From Octopus sinensis (Eukaryota), in assembly GCF_006345805.1 (NCBI RefSeq), contig NC_043006.1:22630001-22694000 (forward strand): a stretch of DNA of 64,000 nucleotides, read 5' to 3'. The translations under genes were made by a program, and so were the position numbers. Of the stretch, positions 38,666 to 51,989 are shown piece by piece. The number at the start of each line of letters is the position of its first letter. Within the stretch, counting starts at the first letter, position 1. The notes under the pieces are model-generated. The model saw nothing but the letters and a program-made list of their open reading frames with translations. It searched no databases and was not told where the DNA came from.

Positions 38666-39787
38666 CTTTTTCTATTTCTATTCCTGAGCGCTATACTAAT
38701 ACATTTGTTTGTTTGTACTCCACCTGCCTTCGTCTTTTGTTTATTTTTGTAAACTTTCCCGTTATATATATATATACACACATACACACGCATACATAAA
38801 ATCAGTTAATTATGATTTTATTCAACATATTCCCCTCTTAGATTCATACACTTATTGCAGTGGTCCTTCAGTTTTCTTAAGTCCTGTAAAAGAACATAGA
38901 ATGTTGGGCCACCAACCAAGCCCTTTGTGATACCCTTAAAGCCAGGAACTTTCTAGCAACCCTTTGTACATGTTACTGAGCCATACTCATTTATGATAGC
39001 TAGCTGTAGTTGTCGTTGGCCAGGCAGACAGAGGCAGCTAGAGTAATGTGTGTAGTCAGAATGTTTAACACAACCACAACTTTGCTCCAAGATAAGACCT
39101 CATTACCATGCTATCTTCAGTCATCTGAAAGCATTATACTATTAGTTTCAAATTTTGGCACAAGATGAGCAATTTTGGTACAGTGGATAAGTCGATTACA
39201 TCAACCCCAGTGCTCAATAGGTACTTATTTTATCAACCCCGAAAGAATGAAAGGCAAAGTCAACCATAACAGAATCTGAACTCAGAACATAAAGACAGGC
39301 GTAGGAGTGGCTGTGTGGTAAATAGCTTGCTTACCAACCACATGGTTCCAGGTTCAGTCCCACTGCGTGGCACCTTGGACAAGTCTCTTCTACTATAGCC
39401 TCGGGTCGACCAAAGCCTTGTGAGTGGATTTGGTAGATGGAAACTGAAAGAAGCCCATCTTATATATATATGTATGTGTGTGTGAATATGTTTGTGTGTT
39501 TGTGTTTGTCCCCCTAACATTGCTTGACAACCGATGGTGGTGTGTTTACGTCCCCGTTACTTAGCGGTTCGGCTAAAAGAGACCGATAGAATAAGTACTA
39601 GGCTTACAAAGAATAAGTCCTGGCGTCGATTTGCTCGACTAAAGGTGGTGCTCCAGCATGGCCACAGTCAAATGGCTGAAACAAGTAAAGGAGTACAGGA
39701 GAAATACTGCTAAGCATTTTGCCTGACATGCTAACGATTCTATCAGCTCACCACATTCAAAAGCACTATAATATTGCTCAAACTTAC

Positions 39788-39942
39788 CAAAAAACATCAA
39801 CACCAAGTCTGTCACAAAGAGTTGCAGTCATCATGGAAATTTCCTTCTCTCTGGTATTCGCCATTATTGGATTACCAAACAGAAATATCTGTTGAATCAT
39901 AGGCCAATCTGCTACTGCCATTAAAGCTTCTTGACAAAACAC
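39788..39942 (-). CDS. XRRA1: XRRA1-like exon (155 nt, phase 0 to 2)
   Basis: Acceptor tattttcag|GTG and donor TG|gtaagt. Encodes VFCQEALMAVADWPMIQQIFLFGNPIM...LCDRLGVDVF, resembling XRRA1 EDAVLPVALFPSL..FHNNPL...LQERLGIHL. Confidence 0.9.
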
Positions 39943-40125
39943 CTGAAAATACACAAATAATGTGTAAAACAAACCTGAGCTACAGAGACATTCACACATA
40001 AATATTCACTTGTTTGTTTTATGTGTGCTTTTCTAAGTTAGCATGAGACGGATGAGAACAAATCGAAGCACTAATTCACAGCCTGATGCCATGCCTGCCA
40101 CTAAGCCCTATCTGCTTTATAAGTA

Positions 40126-40957
40126 ACTAGCAGTATCGCCCGGCGTTGCTCGGGTTTGTAAGGGAAATATTTATAGGCGTAGGAGTGGCTGTGTGGTAAG
40201 TAGCTTGCTAACCAACCACATGGTTCCGGGTTCAGTCCCACTGCGTGGCATCTTGGGCAAATGTCTTCTGCTATAGCCCCGGGCCGACCAATGCCTTGTG
40301 AGTGGATTTGGTAGACGGAAACTGAAAGAAGCCTGTCGTATATATGTATATATATGTATATATATGTGTGTGTATATATATATATATGTGTGTGTATGCG
40401 TTTGTGTGTCTGTGTTTGTCCATCTAGCATTGCTTGACAACCGATGCTGGTGTGTTTACGTCCCCCGTCACTTAGCGGTTCGGCAAAAGAGACCGATAGA
40501 ATAAGTACTGGGCTTACAAAGAATAAGTCCCGGGGTCGATTTGCTCGACTAAAGGCGGTGCTCCAGCATGGCCACAGTCGAATGACTGAAACAAGTAAAA
40601 GAGTAAAGAGTAAAGAGTAATAAGCATTTTTAGAGAGTTATAGCCAAAAAATAGCAAATAAATGCATTAAAAATGGAAAAAAATTATGGTAAATTTTTTT
40701 TAAATCGTTGACATTTTTAGAGAGTTACTTCCCTTATATAATAGTGAAAAAATGCATTAAAATGGTAAAAAATGATGGTAAATTTTTTTTTAAATCGTAG
40801 ACTCATCGTAGACGCGTGCTAATACCCAGAAGGGCTCGATATGAATCACGACTATAAGATACCCAGTTTTGGTTAAACTGCACCGCAAAATGTGGGAGTA
40901 GTTAGGAATCTAAATCATAGGAGATAGACACACAACTTCACTTTTATATACAAAGAT
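40126..40957 (+). mobile_element. Helitron/HINE-like non-autonomous element with nested family A SINE
   Basis: Starts actagcagtatcgcccggcgttgctcggg (subterminal hairpin) and ends cttttatatacaaagat; no TSD seen. Confidence 0.5.
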
Positions 40958-41545
40958 AAATTGTTGTTGTTTTTTATTCCACAACCACTTGTACTTTTAA
41001 TGTCGTCTTCAGGCAGAATTTGATGTAACATAAAATATGACAAAGCCAGAACCTAGAAACTCAAGGTACAGTCTATTTGACCCAGTTTTCATCTACCCCG
41101 TTTCATTCACAAGGCTCTGATTAACCTTACGCTATGGCAGAAAAGTGAAGGTACATGATCAAGTGTTTAGAGTATAGGACAAATGATCACAAGGTCATGG
41201 TTTCAATTCCCGAACTAAGTGGCACATTTCTCTTCAGCAAACCACTTCATTTTATATAACTGGTACTCATTTTCAGCTGAGTGGTCATGTTAATTGCTAA
41301 AGAAGAGCACAAAATAATGAGTAATTAGAATGGTGATGGAAAGAGGGTGATGGATATCAATAAAAGACAGACCAGGGCGTGGAGTGAAGATAAGCAGCAC
41401 AGGTGAGTAAATAGATAGGTGCATCTGATTCAAATAGATTTGATGAAGCCTCTCCTTACTGAAGCATCATGATACAGAGGAAAGTGTAATGAGATACAGG
41501 GGAAGAGAGTTTACAGGGGATAAAGTATGAATAGATCTAATATTT

Positions 41546-41962
41546 GGATCTTTTCGGTTTGAACGGCAGTTTTTAACATAATTTCTAGGTAACTAAAAAA
41601 TTTTAAACTTCATATACTGGTAGAATGTGTTTATAAAACATCTTTTTCTCTTGGCTTTATTGAGAAAATTCTATGGTTTGTAAGATATTTGTTGCTTTTT
41701 TTTCTTCAATTTCTGAAATTTCAACCAATCACTGACGTATTTGAGGTAAAAAACATTCTGTGCCATATGAATATGTCCCTCGTTTAAGAAACAGATTGGG
41801 TTTATTTACATTTGTGAAGAAAAAAAGATACCCTTCCCTCCACCCCTAACCCTAACCCTAAAATAGATTGAAATGCAATAGATCGATACTAGGGTCATAA
41901 TTATGGGTGACAATTTCATATGACACCACTGGAAAAAACTGCCGTTCAAACCAAAAAGATCC
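41546..41962. mobile_element. Same Merlin-like MITE, copy 2 (opposite orientation)
   Basis: TIR ggatcttttcggtttgaacggcagttttt; TSD taatattt at 41538-41545 and 41963-41970. Confidence 0.85.
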
Positions 41963-42516
41963 TAATATTTTCCTCTCATTTCATAGATGACTGGTTCAGT
42001 GAATGGGAAAAGATGATCCAAAGATGAAAGGGTTTCAAAAATGACTAGATAAACAGTAGGTAGTGACTTAGCAGGTACAAATGGGCAAATGCCCAGATGT
42101 AGATTTACAACAGAGATATCCCAGTGAAGGCACATGGCTCAGTGGTAAAAGCATTAGGCTCATAATCATGAGATAGTGAGTTCAATTCCTTTCTAGGTGT
42201 CATCCTATGGTCATTCATGACTGGGGAGGGCCTTTACCCTTTTTATCTTAGCCTTCATCACTACTCCACTCCATTTTAATATAAATTTCGCCAAGTTTGG
42301 TCCCAGGTTTACCGGTTGTTTCCAGTACCATATAGCGTAAGTCAAAACATCTCATCTATCTTTACGTTCTGAGTTCAAATTCTATTGAATCAATTTTGCC
42401 TCTCAGGGTTAAAATAAATTCCAGTTGAGCACTGGGGCTGATGTAATTGACAAGCTGCCTAGCACAAAACTGCTGGCCTTGTGCCAAATTTTGAAACCAT
42501 TATTATTATCATTATT

Positions 42517-44196
42517 TTCCTTGCACAGCTTCTAATGCTAGAGATGTACTACGGTGTCAGCTGTTCACTACCAGTGAACTAAGGTAACACCATTTATTTT
42601 TGAGCACCTTCTGGAGTATTCAAGCGGTTCCAAGCAATGCTGTTTTCTGCAAGTGCTCCACCCTTATTGCAGCCTCAATTTGTTCTATCTACTTCTCAAG
42701 ATTTTTGTTCACTGTTCCCAGGGCTCCGACAATTATTAGAACCACTGCCACCTTTTTCATCGACCGCAACTGCTTAACCTCCCAAGCTAACCTGTCATAT
42801 CTATCGACTTTTCTTTCTTCCTTATCACATACCTTGTTGTCAGTTGGGCATGATATATCTATGATCCAGCATAGTTTGCTTTCTTTCTCAATTAAGACTA
42901 TGTCTGGCTTCCTATTCTCTATGTCATGGTCGCACTGAATCACAAAATCCCACAGGATCTTTGCATTATCATGTTCGATGTTGCCTTCAGTTTTGTGGTC
43001 ATACCAACTTTTTACTCTGTCAAATCCAGAATTGTTGCAAAGTGTCCAATGGATAAGCCTTGCTATATTGTCGTGGCGTCTCTTATATTCCTTCTGGGCT
43101 AGGGTTATACATTGACTGGTAATATGCCATACGGTTTCACCATTTTGTCCACAGATTCTGCACTTATCACTTTCTGATGTGTTGTCTATTCTATATTTTA
43201 TTCTATATTTTAGTTTGTTCTTAGTGCTTGCTCTTGGGCAGCACAGATTAAAGCCTCCGTTTCTGGTTTTAAATCACTTTTAGTTATCCACAGCCATTTT
43301 TATCTCTGTCTTATCTTCAAGATCCCTAAGAAATTGTCCATGCACTCTTTTCTTTACCCACCTATTTTCAGTTTCATTCGTTTTCAATTGCTTGTACAGT
43401 GCTTTATCTTTGCAATCTTTCATCCTACACAGGCCTGACCTTCTTACTTTTAATAATAGTGGTTCTGTGGCATTTTTACATACCATGCTTTGTTGTTTTC
43501 TTCTGCTCTAATGCTGTGTTCACATCCAATCAGCCCTCTTCCCCTTCTTTTTCTTGGTACATACAGTCTGTCTGTGTCACTTTTTGGGTGGAGTGTCCCA
43601 TATCTAGAAAGCAACTTCTTTGTCTTTCTGTCTAAGATGTTTAGATCATCTACTGTCCATGCAATTACCCCTGCTCCATATCTAAGGAGTGAAACCGCCC
43701 AGGTGTTGATAGCTTCAATCTTATTCCGTCCATTTAATTTTGACTTAAGGATCAGTCTCAGTCTGCGCAAGTACTCCACCTTAAATTTTTGTGTCATTTC
43801 TTTCTCTAATTTATCCATTTCCCAAATCCCCAAGTATTTATAGCCCGTCTCTTCTATCTGCATCATAATCTCCCCTGATGGTATCGATAGCCCGTCCAGA
43901 CATTTGATTTTGCCTCTCTTCAAGACTAACACACCACACTTTCTCAGTCCGAACTCCATTCTGATATCAGCACTGAAGGTATACACCGTATCAATGAGGG
44001 GACTGACTTAGGCTTCATCTTTACCATAAAGTTTGAGGTCATCCATGAATAACAAATGGTTGACTTTTTGTTGGCGGATTTTGAATACATACTCAGCCTT
44101 TGCTTTCTTCAGAGTCAGTGTTAGTGGTATCAAGCACAGTACAAAGATCAGTGGGGACAGTCACCCCCCCTGGAAGATGCCCCTCCTGATTTCTAC
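42517..44196 (-). mobile_element. R4/Dong-like non-LTR retrotransposon fragment (RT + zinc knuckle + restriction-like endonuclease)
   Basis: NHLLFMDDLKLY, KCRICGQ..ET..HI.SQC, RRHDNIARLIHW, NRKPDIV...IIDISCP; (TAA)n-type repeats at both ends. Confidence 0.85.
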
Positions 44197-44227
<31 letters not shown>

Positions 44228-44529
44228 GAGTGAGAGAGCAGTTCATTATTATTATTATTATTATTCTATGTTTGACTTTTGCTTTATATTTGTACAAGTT
44301 GGCTCCAAGTCTCACCAAGAGACCTCAAGAGACAACAGGTTGGAAGTTCATGTTGTTGTTATGCCTAGTGTGCCATATATTTGGGGGTTGGGGGGGGTGT
44401 ACTAGTGAATGTCTAAAAAAAAAAACGAAAATTATGTTTGTTTTAAACCTTGAGATTACATAGAAAGTATTTTGCATAGGATATGAACATAGAAAGTATT
44501 TTGCGTAGGATATGATTATAATAATAATA

Positions 44530-44571
<42 letters not shown>

Positions 44572-45316
44572 TTATATATATATATGCATAACAGTTTAGA
44601 CTGTTAGAAAAAAGAATTCCTGAAATCAGGCTACAAGTAACTTTAGATGCCAGGAACCTTCCTAAGTATCCTAGCTCTCCCTAATAATACTGTTTTCTGG
44701 AGCTGCACTAAACTAGGTTTTATACCTATTTCCTCTATCTAACTGTTCAAATCATTATCATCGTTATTATTGTTGTTGTTGATTTGTGTCTTTTGCTAAT
44801 CACTATTAATTCGATTGATCATGAAATTATATTTGGTGATCATAGGAATAGCCATTTCCTCTGCTTTTTTCTTTTCTACAAAAGAGAGGAGAGAGCAGAA
44901 AAGAAAGACAGGAAAAAAGATAAGAGGTCATTGAAAAAGATAAAGACATGCTCAGTATGAGACTGGCTAATATGTGCGGAAGCAAAAAAAAAAAATAATT
45001 GCTAGAAAACAATCATATCAAATGGTAAATAAAATACTCAGAGTCACAAAGCAAAAGAGACTGGATCATAATTCAGATGAGGCCTTTGTTGAAGATTTAA
45101 TAAAATATTAATTGGAACAAACAAATGAAGCAACAGCTGTATTTATTATTTACTTCCTTGTGTTACTACATTTCCATTTCATTTTATTTTGCTTTTATTG
45201 TTACCCAAGTCATGTTTCTTGAAATTGGAAACTCAGAATGAATGAATGAATGAATAAAAGAATGCATGCACATGTGCATGTGTGTGTATGTGTGTAAGCA
45301 TGCATAAATACATAAC

Positions 45317-45389
<73 letters not shown>

Positions 45390-45430
45390 ATATATATATA
45401 TTATGTATATGTGTGTATGTGTATGTATGC

Positions 45431-45463
<33 letters not shown>

Positions 45464-46039
45464 TTAATAAAAGACGGGTAAAATTTATTAATTAAATTAA
45501 TTAATTAATTAATTAATCAATTAATTAACAATTTTACCAAGTAGATCGGTATGTTAAAATAACCTTTATAGGTAAAATTATCCACATAATTATAATTAGG
45601 GTTCAGCTAATTGCTTCACCACATACAGAAATTAGAAAAAGGAGTTAAAAATCCCATTTCTACTAACTACTGTAAGAGTCTCCATGATGGTAAACATATA
45701 TATATATATGTATATTTGAATTTTCTCTGACTCCTCAGATTTTTTGAATGCTGGACTACTGGTTTTAAATTGATATTAAAATTAATATTAATTTATCTCC
45801 CTCAATTTTTAAATATATATATATATATATAATTATGTGAAATAGAAAGATGAATAATCTTGTAGTGGATTATCAAAGTTTAACCGATACCTAGTAGCAA
45901 AAATCACAGCAGTGAACAGCACGGTTGGAGGTACAACCATCTGGCGTTGCAACCGTGCGTGGTGCGATAATTGAAATAAACATTATTGGTGAATTGAAGA
46001 AATGGAGCTAACGCAGATTGAACAGAAACGTTTTATTCA

Positions 46040-46119
46040 TTCTACAACGTGTTTCGAAAGGCACAAATTACCAAATCCGATTGAATAATGGGACCATATT
46101 GTGTCTTTCTCTTCAGGAA
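46040..46119 (-). ncRNA. Hammerhead ribozyme motif, left arm of foldback
   Basis: ttc-CTGAAGA-gaaagacacaa...ttgtgcctttc-GAAA-cacgttg-T-A-gaa. Confidence 0.6.
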
Positions 46120-46285
46120 GAAAAAAGGAACCGTTGGAAAAACAAAAACAGAACAGAGGCAGAGCAAAAAACAATCAACTGTGCTCCTAAAGCCCATGGC
46201 GAAACTCATGGGCTCTTGGAGCACAGTTCGATTTGTTTTTTGCTCTGCCTCTGTTCTGTTTGTTTTCCAACGGATTTCCTTTTTC

Positions 46286-46364
46286 TTCCTGAAGAGAAGA
46301 CACAATATGGTCCCATTATTCAATCGGATTTTGGTAATTTGTGCCTTTCGAAACACGTGTAGAA
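46286..46364 (+). ncRNA. Hammerhead ribozyme motif, right arm of foldback
   Basis: ttc-CTGAAGA-gaagacacaa...ttgtgcctttc-GAAA-cacgtg-T-A-gaa; palindromic stem III ACACGTGT; GUA triplet. Confidence 0.7.
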
Positions 46365-46734
46365 TGAATAAAACATTTCTGTTCAATCTGCGTTCAGCTC
46401 CATTTCTCAATTCACCAATAATGTTATATATATATATATATAAAATAATGTGTTACATTACTCGTAGTCATGTAACATATTATTTTATAGATAAATTTCC
46501 TCTATTACATAATATTGAGGTCTCTTTCTTTCTTTTGTTATCTTACCATTTTAACAATATACATCATCATCATCATCATCATTCATTTAGCGTCCGTTTT
46601 CCATGCTAGCATGGGGTTGGACGGTTCAACTGGGTTCTGGGAGCCCGAAGGCTGCACCAGGCCAGTCAGATCTGGCAGTGTTTCTACAGCTGGATGCCCT
46701 TCCTAACACCAACCACTCCGAGTGTAGTGGGTGA

Positions 46735-48485
46735 TTTTATGTGCCACCGACACAGGTGCCAGATGAGGCTGGCGAACGGCACGATCGGATGTGTTTGTTA
46801 CGTGCCCGCAGCACGGAGGCCAGTCGATGCGGTACTGGCTACGGCCACGTTCGGATGGTTTTCTTGTGTGCCACCGGCACTGGTACCACAAAGATACAAA
46901 TTCCATTGATGTTCATCTATTTTGATTTGTTTTGATTGATTTTCACTTGCCTCAACAGTCTTCACAAGTGTCACAAGAAGGAAGGTATGCACAGGTGGAC
47001 TGACTACGTCCCAGGTAGGGGCCACGGGTTATGGCCTGACTAGTCTTGCCGGGTCTTCGGATGGTGTTTTTATGTGCACCGACACAGGTGCCAGATGAGG
47101 CTGGCAAACGGCCACGATCGGATGGTGTTTGTTACTTGCCCACAGCACGGAGGCCAGTTGATGCGTACTGGCTACGGCCACGTTCGGATGTTTTCTTGTG
47201 TGCCACCGGCACTGGTACCACAAAGATACAATTTCCATTGATGTTCATCTATTTTGATTTGTTTTTATTTGATTTTCACTTGCCTCAACAGGTCTTCACA
47301 AGTGTCACAAGAAGGAAGGAAGGTATGCACAGGTGGACTGACTACGTCCCAGGTAGGGGCCACGGTTATGGCCTGACTAGTCTTGCCAGGTCTTCGGGTG
47401 GTTTTTTTATGTGCCACCGACACAGGTGCCAGATGAGGCTGGCGAACGGCCACGATCGGATGGTGTTTGTTATGTGACCGCAGCACGAAGGCCAGTCGAT
47501 GTGGTACTGGCTACGGCCACGTTCGGATGGTTTTCTTGTGTGCCACCGGCACTGGTACCACAAAGATACAAATTCCATTGATGTTCATCTATTTTGATTT
47601 GTTTTGATTGATTTTCACTTGCCTCAACAGGTCTTCACAAGTGTCACAAGAAGGAAGGAAGGTATGCACAGGTGGACTGACTACGTCCCAGGTAGGGGCC
47701 ACGGGTTATGGCCTGACTAGTCTTGCCGGGTCTTCGGATGGTGTTTTTATGTGCCACCGACACAGGTGCCAGATGAGGCTGGCGAACGGCCACGATCGGA
47801 TGGTGTTTGTTACGTGCCCGCAGCACGGAGGCCAGTCGATGCGGTACTGGCTACGGCCACGTTCGGATGGTTTTCTTGTGTGCCACCGGCACTGGTACCA
47901 CAAAGATACAAATTCCATTGATGTTCATCTATTTTGATTTGTTTTGATTTGATTTTCACTTGCCTCAACAGGTCTTCACAAGTGTCACAAGAAGGAAGGA
48001 AGGTATGCACAGGTGGACTGACTACGTCCCAGGTAGGGGCCACGGGTTATGGCCTGACTAGTCTTGCCGGGTCTTCGGATGGTGTTTTATGTGCCACCGA
48101 CACAGGTGCCAGATGAGGCTGGCGAACGGCCATGATCGGATGGTGTTTGTTATGTGCCCACAGCACGGAGGCCAGTCGATGCGGTACTGGCTACGGCCAC
48201 GTTCGGATGGTTTTCTTGTGTGCCACCGTACTGGTATCACAAAGATACAAATTCCATTGATGTTCATCTATTTTGATTTGTATTGATTTTCACTTGCCTC
48301 AAAAGGTCTTCACAAGTGTCACAAGAAGGAAGGTATGCACAGGTGGACTGACTACGTCCCAGGTAGGGGCCACGGGTTATGGCCTGACTAGTCTTGCCGG
48401 GTCTTCGGATGGTGTTTTTATGTGCCACCGACACAGGTGCCAGATGAGGCTGGCAAACGGCCACCATCGGATGGTGTTTGTTACT

Positions 48486-48490
<5 letters not shown>
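46735..48490 (-). repeat. Tandem array of about 340-bp units of RTE 3' UTR (5 full units plus a partial one)
   Basis: gtgccaccgacacaggtgccagatgagg recurs near 46740, 47075, 47412, 47752, 48091 and 48422. Confidence 0.9.
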
Positions 48491-48529
<39 letters not shown>

Positions 48530-48702
48530 TCATCATCATCATCATCATCATCGGTTAACGTCTGTTTTCCATGCTAGCATGGGTTGGACGATTTGACTGA
48601 GGACTGGCGAACCAGATGGCTGCGCTAGGCTCCAATCTGATCTGGCAGAGTTTCTACAGCTGGATGCCCTTCCTAACACCAAGGTTGCCCTTCCTAATGC
48701 CA

Positions 48703-48739
<37 letters not shown>

Positions 48740-49676
48740 TATATATATATATATATGTATGTTTATATGTGTGTATGTATGTATGTATGTATGTATGTAT
48801 GTATGTATGTATGTATGTGTGTGTGTATGTATTGTCAATGCATCATATATCCGAATAAGAAGCACAATCTAAAGTATAGAGCAGTAAAGTATTAAAGCAA
48901 TAAATTTTAAGTCTTTAGAGTGTGTTTTTTATTCAGATATATGATACATGACAACTATTGGTCACTCTATGACCAGACTTTAACTTTATTGCTTTAATAT
49001 ATATACATATATATATATATGTGTGTGTGTGTGTGTATAGGTATGTGTGTGAGAACATCCGGCAAGTCAAGTGAGACTATAACCTGTGGCCTATGTCAGG
49101 GGTGTAACCAGCTCTGTTAAGCATACCTTTCCTTCATTGAACACTAAACTCTGCTTGCGAAGACCTGTTGAGGCAAGTGAAATCTAAATTAAAATGAAAT
49201 TCGATGACTGGCATCCGTGCTAGTAGAGCACTTAGAGCACCATCTGAGCATGATCATTGCTAGAGCAGCTGACTGGCTTCCATACCAGTGGCACGTAAAA
49301 AAGCACCATTCAAGCATCGTTGTTATTAACATCGCCTTACTGGCACGTGAAAACACATTTGAGTGAGGTCATTGCCAGTGCTGCTGGAGTGGTTCCTGTG
49401 AAGGTGGCACGTAAAAAACACCATTTGAGCGTGGCCTTTGCCAGTACCACCTGACTGGCCCTCGTGCCGGTGGCATGTAAAAACACCCACTACACTCTTG
49501 GAGTGGTTGGCGCTAGGAAGGGCATCCAGCTGTAGAAACACTGCCAGATCAGATTGGAGCCTGGTGCAACCATCTTGTTCGCCAGAGCTCAGTGAAATTG
49601 TCTAACCTATGCCAGCATGGAAAGCAGATGTTAAACAATGATGATGATGATGATGATGTGTGTGTGTATGTATGTG

Positions 49677-49745
<69 letters not shown>

Positions 49746-50142
49746 ATTTCAACAATTGAGGGTAAAATTAATTAATTAATCAATTTCACCAAGTATTCAG
49801 TATGCAAAGGGACCATTTAAGGCGAATTCAAATTATTACATTATATAAAAGGGCTTAGTAAAATAAATTACTTTGCCGCATACTGAACTCATTAGAAATA
49901 GCAGCTAAAAAAACTTTTTTAAAACTATTTCTAATACTTAAAGAAAACCTCTCTCATATAGTGTTTGCCGGGTTTATATATATATAAATTGGAGAAAAAC
50001 CACTATTATGTAAATCAAACAATGATAGACATAAATCATACCATATAGAAAAAAATGGAATATATGAAATGTATGATAAAACATTTACCTAGATCACAAT
50101 AAAGTACATAATAATAAATAAACAGTATATAATTAGTAAATA

Positions 50143-50248
50143 GACTACGTACGTTTCGTGGCTATATCTTCAATTCGAATTACAATTAAATTGAACTTTA
50201 ATCGATCCAAAAATAATTCAATTTAAAAGTATAGTCACTCCTCAGGTC
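50143..50248 (-). ncRNA. Hammerhead ribozyme motif with canonical core
   Basis: gac-CTGAGGA-gtgactata...tatagccac-GAAA-cgtacg-T-A-gtc; palindromic stem III ACGTACGT; GUA triplet. Confidence 0.72.
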
Positions 50249-50883
50249 AACAATAATAGTTAAATAAATACTTATTTTTAATAAATAATCAAACAGAATT
50301 AAAAAATATATATCTTGAAGAAATAAAAACATGATTCTTCTTATAGAAGAAATTCCGTTGACTAAATTTTAAACTTAAAAAGTAGGACAAAGTGTTTATA
50401 ATACATTTATAAAGTTAAAAACCTAACGTAAAAAATAGAGTACTTAGATAGAAATATATATTTTATATGTAAAGATATATTTTAGCTTTGAGAATAATCT
50501 AAACAAACTATAATATATCTTTACTGGAAAAATATAAGAGTCCAATTAATTAAAACAAAAATACTTAAAATACATCATACACTTAAGTTAAGCTAAATTA
50601 CTATAATTTAATCTATATTCATTAATTAATTAAATTATATATTAATTTATTAATTAAATAAACATCTAATTTGATCAGATTCTAACTATGTACTAAAAAC
50701 CCTATACAAACATGTGTAGACTTATAATATATCTTATATCAATAATACTGCAGCCACAACCCTGCAATAGTATTTTGTATATATTTCAAAAATATACTAA
50801 CAAATAATTTAAACTCGTTATATAAGTAAATTAATTTATGTCTAGAACTAATATTTCACTCATTGATAGAGTAAACAAAGTAC

Positions 50884-50914
<31 letters not shown>

Positions 50915-51989
50915 ATTCAATAGTATATAAAGAAAAAATTTAAAAAAACTTTTCACTACCTATACTATAATATTCTATGTTACAAACTATTTCACAAAAC
51001 AACCACAAATAATACTTTTAGATTTTAGTTACATATAATAATTATAATAATAAGAATAATTAAATAAATGTACGTTTCTTAAATTATAATTAACAAATAA
51101 AAAAATTAGAAATACATATTTTTTTTTATCAATAATCATATAAATTTCACCATTTTTTATCAAATAAAATGTATACTTATTCTCTCGAAGATATTTTATG
51201 AAGTAAAAAGTTTTAAGAGTGGCTGTGTGGTAAGTAGCTTGCTAACCAACCACATGGTTCAGTCCCACTGCGTGGCATCTTGGGCCAGTGTCTTCTGCTA
51301 TAGCCCCGGGCCGACCAATGCCTTGTGAGTGGATTTGGTAGATGGAAACTGAAAGAAGCCTGTCGTATATATGTGTATATATATATGCATGTGTGTGTTT
51401 GTGTGTCTGTGTTTGTCCCCCTAGCATTGCTTGACAACCGATGCTGGTGTGTTTATGTCCCCGTCACTTAGGGGTTCGGCAAAAGAGACCGATAGAATAA
51501 GTACTGGGCTTACAAAGAATAAGTCCTGGGGTCGATTTGCTCGACTAAAAGGCGGTGCTCCAGCATGGCCGCAGTCAAATGACTGAAACAAGTAAAAGAG
51601 TAAAAGAGTAACTTAGAGTTTATATGTCTAGATCTAATATTTCGCTTATTAAGGGAATAACAAAAGTACTTATTATTATTATTAAATTCAATAGTACAAA
51701 AAATAAAAACTTTTCACTACCTATACTATAATATTTTATGTTACAAACTATTTCATAAATCAATCACACTTAATACTTTTATATTTTAGTCCACATATAA
51801 TAATTATAAGAAGAAGAAGAATTAAATAAATGTACGTATCTAAATTATAATTAACAAATAAAGAAATTAGAAATCCATATTTTGTCAATCAATAAGCATA
51901 TATATTACACCATTATTTCATAAATAAATTGTATATTTATCTTTTCCAAGATATTTGATGAACTCTTAAATAATGTAAATAATGTAAAT

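Noticed and set aside
44827-45012. Additional XRRA1 exon
   Set aside because: The 53470 and 39942 exons join in phase and give a continuous LRR motif without it; no XRRA1-like sequence.
49750-51960. Mitochondrial insertion (NUMT)
   Set aside because: AT-rich, but I recognised no mitochondrial gene or tRNA; it contains a PLE-type hammerhead instead. BLAST would settle it.
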